In this document: piece by piece, positions 53,438-64,000 of the stretch
Layout of the letters: every line of letters begins with the position of its first letter
How positions within the stretch are numbered: position 1 is the first letter of the stretch
Assembly (NCBI GenBank): GCA_951406725.2
Contig: OX597828.1
Coordinates: forward strand, 18,166,001-18,230,000
DNA: 64,000 nucleotides
Source of the DNA: Octopus vulgaris
Lineage: Eukaryota
Direction: 5' to 3'
Position numbers and translations under genes: made by a program
The notes under the pieces: generated by a model
What the model was told of the DNA's origin: nothing
What the model saw: the letters and a program-made list of their open reading frames with translations, nothing else
Databases searched by the model: none

Positions 53438-55252
53438 CTGAAAAGAGGAGAGATTTATTCACATTTCACAAACGATAAGCAAGAATTATAGCGGAAGAAC
53501 AGAGCTACAAAACACTATAATTAACGATATGTTTCGTGTTAATTTAAATAACAGCAGAAAGAAACGAGTGATGTTATCGAACAGCTGTGTGTGTGTGTGT
53601 GTTTGTCTGTGTGTGTGTTTGTGTGTGTGTACCTGTATGTGTATGTGTATATGTCTATGTGTGTATATTTGTGTGTATGTGTGTGTGTTTGTTTGCGCCT
53701 GTGTGTGAACGTCTGTATGTATGTGTGTGTATGAGCTTGTGTGCTCGCATGCGTGCGGTGTGTGTATAAGTGTATGTACGGATGTAAATGTTTAAATGTG
53801 TCATTTTGCATGTGCGCGGAATTTACGATTCACGCCTTGTAACATGGCAATACATAGGGAAAATCTCAATGCCACATATCGCTCACTCGTTTATTTTCTT
53901 CGAGTAATATTTTTTTTCTGTTATACATACACACATACACGCATACAAACACAGGGGCATATGGTAAAAGTGCGTGTGTGTATGTGTGTGTACGCATTTG
54001 TGTTCAACGTGGCTGTGGCATAAATTATACGAGTGGTGTTGAAATCGAAATTTCCGTTGAATGAAAAAAAATAAATAAAATAAAATAAGTGGGAAAAGAA
54101 GAAAAATTTTAAAAATTCAAATTATCGTAACTTATTAAATTAAAATTCTTGTAATAATAATTTATTCCTGTTGCCTTAGGTGGAAAAATATATTCCTCTG
54201 GTATTCCCATTTAGATTCCTAGAGTAAGTAGCATGCAGAAATTCCTGCAATCATTAAAGAAATTAATGGTTAATCAAAGAGTCCTTATTGGTAGACACGG
54301 ATAGGAGGGGGAGGAGGAATATTTCTGGAGGAATATCAGAACTTCCCCTATCAGTTTCAAGTACCAATAAATGGTCAAAATATTAATTTGACAAAAAATA
54401 CAACTCAAAACAAAACAGAGAACCGCGAGATTTTCCTCGAATCGAAGAACATATAATGGAATTCTGCTAAATTTAACTCACAAAATAAAACTCAAAGAAA
54501 ACAATTCTAAAGCAAGAAGATATAATTAAACTTTAGTAATATTTCCCAAAGGACCGTGACAGCATATTGCATGTTACTAAACCAAACGACTTAATAGTCG
54601 TAGTATACTAGATCTTAATCAGCTAAGACAATTCTCATAAAGTCGCGTGTTTAGAAAGTACAGCAAACTCAGCATCGTGTGCAAAATATAGTGGAGAGGT
54701 GAAGAATAAAATCGATTATTATAATCAGTAAACAATTTCAGAGTATACGGCTAAGCCAAAATATACTTAAATGCTACTAAAAAGATTATCAACTTCCGGT
54801 TCAGCTAATACAAGTGAAACCGTGACTTCCAAAGCCTTGAGTAACAGATAGAATTTTGAGCAGTAGATTGCACAGCACCAACTGATACCTCGTTTGCCAT
54901 TAATGAATTCCAATTTATTATAAGCATTTAGAGAAACTCTCCAGTTTGAGCAGACTTTCCTATATCTCCCACCAGTCTCAGAGGCCCTTAAACGGGTCCT
55001 GAGCAGGGCCTTTAACCAACCAATCTAAAACACAACGATCGACCTGTTTTTGGTGCAGCTTCTCAATTTTTCTTGTTAAAGATTCCAAGTTCTTATTTTG
55101 TTACTATTGCTGCAGTTATTGTTGTTGTTGCCTTAGGTCAGCCGTGATGAAACAGTAATATGTTCATGATGTTCAAACCATGATTATTAAATCATACTTT
55201 TTAATTCAGCATTGCGAATCTAGGAGAACATTTTCTAATATTTATATCACCG

Positions 55253-55470
55253 TAAGGCAGCGAGCTGGTAGAAAGGTTAGCACGCTGGGCGAAAGCTTAG
55301 CAGTATTTCATGTCTTTACGTTCCGAGTTCAAATTTCGCTGAGGTCGACTTTGCCTATCATCCTTTTGGGGTCGATATATCAAATACCAGTTGCGTACTG
55401 GGGTCGAACTAATCGACTGACCCCCTCCCCAAAACTTTCAGGCCTTGTGCCTAGAGTAGAAAAGAATATT
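55253..55470 (+). mobile_element. SINE family B monomer
   Basis: Head aaggcagcgagctggtag through tail ggccttgtgcctagagtagaaaagaa. Confidence 0.85.
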
Positions 55471-55817
55471 TTATTCGTTGTTTTAAGATGGAGTGATTCA
55501 GGCTTGAAATAGATTTTTGAAAATTCTGCTAGCAAGTCGAAAAACTACGAAGGGCTTCATTATTGCCTCTAAAGTTGAATACTATTCTTGTTATTGTTAA
55601 TGGTGTTTTTTGCTACTGTAGCACTAATTCAGTTGACCTGTAATCAAATTATTACAACTGAAACCGTCCGGCTATTTTGCATGTCAGTAACTGAAATGCG
55701 TAATTTATCACCAATACTTAAGAAAGCTTGTATCTGATTTTAGCAGAGGCTGGTTGTTACTTCCAGTATATCGAACGAATTGTTTCTTCGTTAGCTGGAG
55801 CGGTAAACACAATAACA

Positions 55818-56262
55818 ATGAAAGAGAAAACGGGTTCAAGTGATAGGAGAAACAGCGGCAAAGAAAAGTCGAGCTCAGATGTTTACACAGCTAATGATAA
55901 TGAAAGAGAAGTCGGGCTTAAGGGATCAGAGAAAGAATGACAAAGTTAGGTCGAGCTCAAATATTAACAGTATCACTTGCAATGAAAGATAAATCGGGCT
56001 CAAGGGATCAGAGAAAGAATGATAAAGCAAAGTGCAGATCAAATATTAACAGTGACACTTGCAATGAAAGAGAAATCGGGCTCAAGAGATCAGAGAAAGA
56101 ATGACAAAGTAAGGTCGAGATCAAATATTAACAGTGACACTCGCAATGAAAGATAAATCGGGCTCAAGGGATCAGGGAAAGAATGACAAAGTAAGCTCGA
56201 GCTCAAATATTAACAGTAACACTCGCAATGAAAGATAAATCGGGCTCAAGTGATAAGATAAG
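55818..56262. repeat. 82-bp minisatellite: 4 well-conserved units plus degenerate flanking units
   Basis: Unit starts (aatgaaaga) at 55899, 55981, 56063, 56145 and 56227. Confidence 0.92.
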
Positions 56263-57134
56263 TATTGACAATGGAAAATAGATCCAGCACAAATAATTAT
56301 GAGAAAATAACAGGAGAACGAAAGATCTGGCTCAAAATGGAAGAGAAATAGCAGTGATCAAGCTCAAATATAAAAGGAGACAAAATGATAATCAATGACA
56401 CATAGTATGCTATTAACAAACGAAAAAATAATTTACTGAGAGTTTGAGCTCATGTCATGAGACGTACAATGAAAATCACACTCATCTTGCTCACGTCATA
56501 AAATAAACAATGAGAATGGAAAAGGTATGAAACTCAGGTTACAAAAAAAAATGTAATCGCAATAGAAAAGATACTGAGCTCAGGTTTTAAGGAAACAATG
56601 AGAATGAGACAAAGATCAAGATTAAATTTTGTGTGAAACAAAGACTATCGCAGATTCACGAGATATAGATTTGTAAAGATATAAAAGAAATATGGATATG
56701 GTCTCTAGCACACTAAACCCCTTTATGAGAAGAATGTGGATGATAGAATAGAGTCTGTCGATAAAGATTAATACGAATGAAGTGTTAAATGGATTTGTCG
56801 ATACATGCATGCATACATACTTACATATTTCGATGTGTGCACGCATAAATGGCTTGCTGATTGCATGAATCGTATGTATTTATGCATGCATATACATACA
56901 TATATATATGTGTGAGTGTGTGTGTGTATGAATACATGTATGTATATATGTATATATATATATATATGAATATATGTATGTATATATGTGTATATACATA
57001 CACACATAAACATTCACATATATATGCACATTTATATATACATATATCTACATATATGTATACATATATATATGTGTGTATACATACATATATGTATGTA
57101 TATGTATATATATATATATATATATATACTATAG

Positions 57135-57205
<71 letters not shown>

Positions 57206-57320
57206 ATAGGCATAATTAGATACCTATAGTTTGACATAGTATATAAGATATACACAGAGTGCTAGATAGAGAAAAGAATAGGAAGAAAAAACAAAATAAA
57301 CAGACAAAATAGACCCAGAG

Positions 57321-57372
<52 letters not shown>

Positions 57373-57804
57373 AGGTGAATTAATGAGACAAGGAGATAAC
57401 GTGGGGAAAAAACGGAGGGACAGAAAGTAAGAGGCAGAGGGGAAGTGAAAGAGAGACAGAGGAGAGAGGCCAAGAAAGATAGAGAGATCGAGAGAAAGAT
57501 TAGCAATGAAAAGTGTGAAATAAAAACAACGTGACTGATAAGAAAACTACATGCTGAAATTATCAGTTGCTGCCGTATGTGAGTTTCGTAAAATAGGGCC
57601 TGTCTATCAAACATTATCACTGTATTTTTATCGATATCATGTGCTTCAAAAATGACAAGTTTCTAATACCTAGAAATTATATTTCTTCCTATCAGAGCTA
57701 TCAGAAGTAATAAGACATTCTTTTATTGAAGGGGAGAAGCGAAAGGTGTGAAATATATATGTATGCATATAAATATGTATATATGCATATATACATATAT
57801 ATAT

Positions 57805-57873
<69 letters not shown>

Positions 57874-58015
57874 CATAAATGTATGTCTGTGTGTGTGTGA
57901 ACATCTGTCTTTGTGCATGTGTGCATGAGTGTATATATATATGTGTATATATATATCTATATCTATATATATATGTACGTATGTATATGTATATATAATA
58001 TGTACTTACACACAC

Positions 58016-58142
<127 letters not shown>

Positions 58143-58720
58143 ATAAAAAACACAAAGAAAACGAAGAACAGGAAACCAGGAAACAAAGCAAACACAGATC
58201 GATGTAGATATGTCTTATGAATATCATTATTTTAGCAACTTTAGGAAAATGAAGATTTATAAGTCATAATCAAAATATTAGTTGATGTATCTTTTTTTTT
58301 TCTCACTTTCTAATTTTGTTCTGCCTTTGTTTATCGTTTCATATTCTTTCTACTGTTTCTTTCGATGCGCAGGAATTCAACTTTTTTTGTTGTTGTTTTG
58401 GAGGGTGTGGAGAAGAGGGGGTGGATTTTGAATGTGACGACTCGGAATGTGTCTACGTCCGATATTTTGGAAGTGAATACAAGACATTTTGTAAATCGAT
58501 TATAATTCATCGATATACAGTACATAGATTTGGTAACCTTTGCATGACAAGGGAAACAGAGAGGTTTTCATTTTCAGACCATGGAAAGATACATCGGAAT
58601 TTTAAGCTCCCGTTAACACTATTTTTGTTATAACGGGCACTGGATTTTAGTATTGCATGTTAACGAAATATATGTTGAAATTATATATATATATATATAC
58701 ACGCACACATATATATTTTT

Positions 58721-59525
58721 TTCTGTAGTTTCAGCTCATAGCTGCGACCATGCTGATGCACCGCCGTTTTGCTATACTGTTATTACTGAGAGCCTCCTCC
58801 AATATGTGGCACTTGGTGAAGAATGGAGTTTTATGTAGCTACCCTCATTTGCACCTCTTGCCGTGAGGTAAGTTCATCTGGGAGTCTCGACAGAAAGAGG
58901 TCCAGCTTTGATTTAAAATCGCCTACATCTACTTTATGCTGGTTCCTCAGGCTCTTTGGGAGAATATTAAAACGCTGTGGGCCCCTGAAGCCCAGGCTGT
59001 TGCAGTAGCTGGTCCTGAAGCGCGATGGCGTAGCTGGGATCTTTGGTACTATGCAGTGTCGTCCCGTTCTGGCATTGGTGTAGCTTTCAATGCCGAAATT
59101 TGGCACAATTCCTTCCAGAATCTTCCAGATATATATTACTGCATACTTCTCCCGTTTTCTCTCCAAGGAATAGAGTCTTAATTGTTTCAGCCTTTTCCAG
59201 TAGCTGAGCTGTTGCTAAGAGACGATCTTCTTTGTGAAGCTTCTCTTGATTGCTTCAAGGTCCGCTGTTAATCTCACACTGGTGGGTGACCATAGCTGTG
59301 AGCAGTAATCCAGACGACTGATGACGAATCTCCTCCAGAGGCCCATCATGGTTTCCTTATCTCTGGCTCTGAATGTTCTCAGGAACCATCCAGCTAGTCG
59401 TCTGTACTTTGTCGCCATCCTGGTAATGTACACTTGGAAAGAGGTATCATCACTCATGTCGATACCCAGGTCCCTCACTGATTTAGGCTCTGGGATTGAA
59501 ATTCCCTGTAGACCAGAGTACCCTG
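58721..59525 (-). mobile_element. CR1-type LINE, 3' 800 bp (ORF2 C-terminus and tail)
   Basis: [11 protein letters not shown]...[12 protein letters not shown]...[10 protein letters not shown]...YWKRLKQLRLYSLERKRE...FNILPKSLRN...FKSKLDLFLS in one frame with one stop at 59215-59217. Confidence 0.9.
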
Positions 59526-59641
59526 TATATATATATATATATATATATAGATAGATAGATAGATATATATATATATATATATATGTTTGTATGCATGTAT
59601 GTATGTATGTATGTATGTATGCATGTATGTATGTATGTATG

Positions 59642-59701
<60 letters not shown>

Positions 59702-59702
<1 letters not shown>

Positions 59703-59923
59703 GAGGTGGTGCAGAAATTCCATGGGTTGGGGTAAAATAGAATACAGGGGGATAAGGTAATTATGATTTTATTTAGCATGTTCCCCTCTCAAATTTACAC
59801 ACTCATTGCATCAGTCCTTCAGGTTTTCTAAGCTCTGTAACAGAACTAGGAAGTTTGGGTCGGCAGCCAGGTCTTTCGCACTGCCTTTAAAGCAAGAACT
59901 ACTTTTCACAGCACCACCTCCTG
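59702..59923. mobile_element. Mariner-derived MITE
   Basis: Imperfect TIRs cgaggtggtgcagaaa / ttttcacagcaccacctcctg with TA on both flanks. Confidence 0.65.
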
Positions 59924-60054
59924 TATAAATATGTGTGCGTTTCTGTGTGTCTGTGTGTGTATGTTTGTGCGTGTGTAAATAGATACTTACAAACATACAG
60001 GTATGTTTATATGTACACATATATGAACATAAGTATATTCACTCATACACACAA

Positions 60055-60174
<120 letters not shown>

Positions 60175-61347
60175 TTCAAGAATTTTAATTTACGTATTAT
60201 ATGCAGGTCTGGTAGCATTACAATTGATAGTTTCACTATAAAATCCGTTCTTAAGGTAATGAATTTAATCCACTATAATGGATGTCATATCTATTGAAAT
60301 AAAGATGAAGATTAATATTTTATTTCATATAATCCTTAAATCTCCCACGGCGTTGGTATGTGTACATTTCTATAAAATCCAAAATTTCGAAGCATTATCA
60401 TCCGAAATCATGCTTATTGTCTTCTGTGCATTCTCTTATCTCGTCGAATACATTCTCACGAATGATGCATCACAATCACTTGAAAGACTTCAAATATGTT
60501 GCACGGAAAATTTGCCAAATTCTTGCAGAGTTAAAGTTAAGTGTAAAACAAAAGAGAGAGAGCACTCTACATAACCTTCACCATACACTTCAAATGCGCT
60601 TTCCTCTTTGAAATGATTCATAGCTGTCATATTGTGTTTGCTGTAGATTTAGGGGTATGCTTCGGGGGCCTCTTTTACGCAATGCTTTTTTAAAGTTGGT
60701 AGGACGAGGCTTGACGAAGATTAAGGTATCAATTTTATAGGTGGAACGATTACATAAAAGCTCCTACGTTGGCCCTTCTGATCTTATTCTTTCGAGTGTT
60801 CATATTTAATTACAGTCAAGACATGCCTTTATCATCATAACTATAATTGTATCTATTTCGTACATGAGTTTTCTAGGGAGGTTTTAAAATAGAAGTTTCG
60901 TTCTAATCAAATCACACGTCCTTATAATCACCAGATTCTACAGTGGGAAAATTAACAAGATTAGTGAAGCTAACACGACCAGCTTGATGCTGGAAATTTA
61001 AAGACAGACAAGCTAAGATAACCAATAGACTTTGGATCCAGAAACATTGAATTTTAAACGTTTTTATCATGTATATGTGAAGATGCGTTACCTTGTGGAA
61101 AAAGTGTTGAGCTTATGAGCCCAACATCCGATGTCTTGACCATGTGATGCGTCCTGTCCTTTAGAAAGGTGATGCATTTCCTGTTATGCCCAAATAAGTT
61201 AACAGCAGACTTGTGGGTTGACTTTCCAGCCGGTGGCCTTCTCGTCCAATGAAGACTTGTTATACCAATCACCTGTATGCCGCGGTCCTCGGATAATCTC
61301 TGGCTTAAGGAACCTACAGGTTCGAGTCAGGCTTTAAACGCGAATAG

Positions 61348-61672
61348 ATGGCACATGGCTAAGCGGTTAGGATATTCAGCTCACGAGCTTAAGGGCATGA
61401 GTTCGATTCCCTAGCGGCGTTAGTCTCCTTCAGCAAGAGACTTGATACCACCACGCTTCTCCGCTCCACTCAGCTGACGAAAAAGAGTTGTAACTGCATT
61501 TCGATGAACCACCTTGTCACATTCTGTGTCACACCTAATTTCCCCGAGAAGTACGTTAAGGATACGCGTTTCACTGGAGTGCTCAGCCACTTGTAATTTA
61601 ATTTCACGAGCAAGTTGTTCTGTTGATCAGGTCAGCAAGAACACTCGTCGTTGTAATCGACGGAGTACCCGT
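61348..61672 (+). mobile_element. tRNA-derived SINE (diverged)
   Basis: A box tggctaagcgg and B box gagttcgattcc. Confidence 0.7.
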
Positions 61673-63300
61673 TAACCGCGAATGTTTTCCGTATCAGTGT
61701 ATAGGTATCGATAATTCACAGTTTGGTTGAGTAAAAATTCTGAAATGCTACTTGTTCCTACCAGAACTAACGCTCTTGGCTATAATATGATATTTTTTTT
61801 AATATAACATTATTGTCCACTTCGAAATAATTAAAAAAATAAGACTGTTATGAACTACATATTTGAAAAAAAATTAATTTTAAAGTTGATCGATAATGTG
61901 AAGTAGAATTTTGTTTTAAACCAATCAATAAATTTTCTCCTAATCCGTAAGTATTCGATTCCTTTGAAAGATCAATCAACTTGAAAATCGATAAAATTTA
62001 AGTTATCGATTACCCTTTGAAAGATGTGAAATTGACTATGGCAGAATCCCACCTCACTACAGTTTTGTATCGATAGCTAAAACGTTAAATACTTATTCAA
62101 AGTTCTAATGTTTTGATTTTGTTTTTGTTTTTTTGTTTTTTGTTTTTTTGTATCAAACACCCAAATGACAGAGAATTTATTTCGAGCCACATTACCATGT
62201 TGCTCTTGTTGTTGTTGCTGCTACTTTTACTCAAATTGGTTCTGATCGAATAAAGCCGTAATTACAAGCAGTCTGTGACCGTCCTGCTATATTTTCTTCT
62301 GACATCGTGTATCTCGGAAAAGATTATTCAATACAAACAGCACTAGAAGGCCCAAGCCCGGTTGATTAATAACTCAAACACCATGACCAAAATTTACTGC
62401 ATTTCTGCTAAATTACATCAGAATACGGCGAACCATCTTCAGCCAGTCGAAGAACCCTAATTTACTCACATACTCAGAATGATTTCAAAGGTATGAATCA
62501 AAGATTGTTCAAGTTAATTTTCATACTAGAACGACAAATATAGAACGTAAAGACATATTTTATCCAAACATTATTTTCTTTTATTGTCCAGAAGATCCTT
62601 TATCTTTATTTTTTTTTTCAAAATACCGCACTACTTTGTATAATTACTATAATTTAATTATTTTTCTCAGCAGTAATTTTACCAGTGTCCATTTCTGTGC
62701 TTCTTGTTATGCCAAAGTCTTAGTTATTCGGTTAGTGGGCAAAAAGAATTTCAGAAAAAAGCGACGCATAACTTATCCTCGAAATATTGAGGAGTTATAC
62801 TAGTCTCTTTGGAAAGATGTGTATGCGTGTATTTTCAAGGTAAAGGTCACAACAGTCCAATAAATAAACATAGTAGCACGCCTTTTTAAGATGAAGGTCA
62901 TATCTATACAATGAGATGTGTATAGGATCAGCATGGTGGCAGTCGAATGCATGAAATCTGTAAAATTTTATGGTACGGAATATCAATGATTATTAATCGT
63001 AAGTTAGGGAGCATTGGCTGTTATTCAGCACCGGTTTAGCCTCAATTGAACTGACCTATGATGTAAGCTGTTCTATAGTTGAGTATCCGATCATATGTAT
63101 TCACAGTGTATCAAGAAATTTTAAACATTATTGAATAAATATTTGCCTTATTTATTTTTAAGATTGTGGAATGTGTTTTAAAGAAGATTTCATGGTTCTT
63201 GCTTTGTCTTGTAATTTTTTTAATATGCCTGACAACTACACAGATATTCACTCAGTGTTTTGTTGCAAATTAAAGGTAAATATATTTTGACTTAATATGT

Positions 63301-63475
63301 TTTTATAATTCCCTGCGCGCGTAAGCGAAAGCAAGGTATAGTAACCACTTGTCTTTGTCTGTCTGTGTGTTTGCAAAACTACTGGAAAACGGCTGAACGT
63401 ATTTTCACCAAATTTGACAGAAATACTCGTTGGGTTAGTGGCTTGAAATGAGAAAAATTTCGTCTGATTATCTTC
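63301..63475 (+). mobile_element. DINE-1/Helentron-associated-like element fragment
   Basis: T-run start, short inverted segment (ccctgc...gcaagg), then a (GTCT)n tract and aaaacggctgaacgtattttcaccaaattt. Confidence 0.4.
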
Positions 63476-63895
63476 AAGCATACATAGATACATACATAGA
63501 TATACGACACTGTGTGTGTGTGTGCCCGCGCGCATGAGTATGCGTACAGTGAGAGATTCGAGGGTTTCGTTTATTTACGAGTTGATTTATTAATCCCACC
63601 GGTGTATAAATGACTCTAATGGTGATACTTAAAAAACAAAACGTTCTCTGCACGCAGGGTATGCATCGCCCTCCAATGTCTTTTAGTTTTCGTTTAAACA
63701 TGTTTTTCACGAGATACATTGTCAAAGCTTACCAATGTAGTGTTGCAGATTCTGTTGCTTTAGTCTATTGCTATAGAACTGCTCCTATTTAGTTATGGCA
63801 TCGATTAGACTTAATCAGGCGAGCCAATATTAAAAGGAATCCATCATAAACAATCCGTCCTATTTTTAAACTTAGCATACTTACTTAACACTTGT

Positions 63896-64000
63896 GAGGA
63901 CGCTTGGCCTAGTGGCTAGTATGTTCAACTCATGATTGCGAGATCGTGATTTCAATTCCTAGACCGTGTTGAGTGTTGTGTTCTTGAGCAAGGCACTTCA
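63896..64000 (+). mobile_element. SINE family C head, truncated by the window end
   Basis: tggcctagtgg...tttcaattcctagacc...gttcttgagcaaggcacttca. Confidence 0.75.

Noticed and set aside
55899-56262. CRISPR-like appearance of the regular repeat
   Set aside because: Whole units repeat with no unique spacers, there are no cas genes, and the context is eukaryotic.
60380-60560. Possible Gypsy RT YxDD-region relic (CAFSYLVEYIL...HLKDFKYV...LKLSVK)
   Set aside because: The catalytic aspartates are absent and a frameshift is needed; too weak to list.

Overview
This is AT-rich, repeat-dense eukaryotic DNA that is almost entirely intronic or intergenic. The SINE, LINE and microsatellite content strongly resembles an octopus (coleoid cephalopod) genome; this is inference, not a database match. 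No intact protein-coding gene is visible, and nearly all ORF-track entries are translated microsatellites. Class II elements include a full-length dead mariner (41532-42801, DD34D), an internally deleted maT/DD37D-type element, hAT and mariner MITEs, and two non-autonomous Helitrons. Retroelements include more than 25 copies of tRNA-derived SINEs, remnants of CR1-, L2-, RTE- and RLE-type LINEs, and Penelope-like debris (a GIY-YIG fragment and inverted terminal repeats carrying minimal hammerhead-ribozyme motifs). An 82-bp higher-order minisatellite lies near 56 kb. Several unique islands on the minus strand have splice signals and may be exons of one large unidentified transcript. The most interesting observations are (i) a candidate exon with a diverged inverted copy about 2.8 kb downstream, a possible ADAR editing-complementary sequence, (ii) a consensus type-I hammerhead ribozyme inside a 200-bp palindrome, and (iii) a SINE/CR1 shared 3' tail with a structurally conserved hairpin. 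Identities are estimated by eye, and the boundaries of decayed repeats are approximate.
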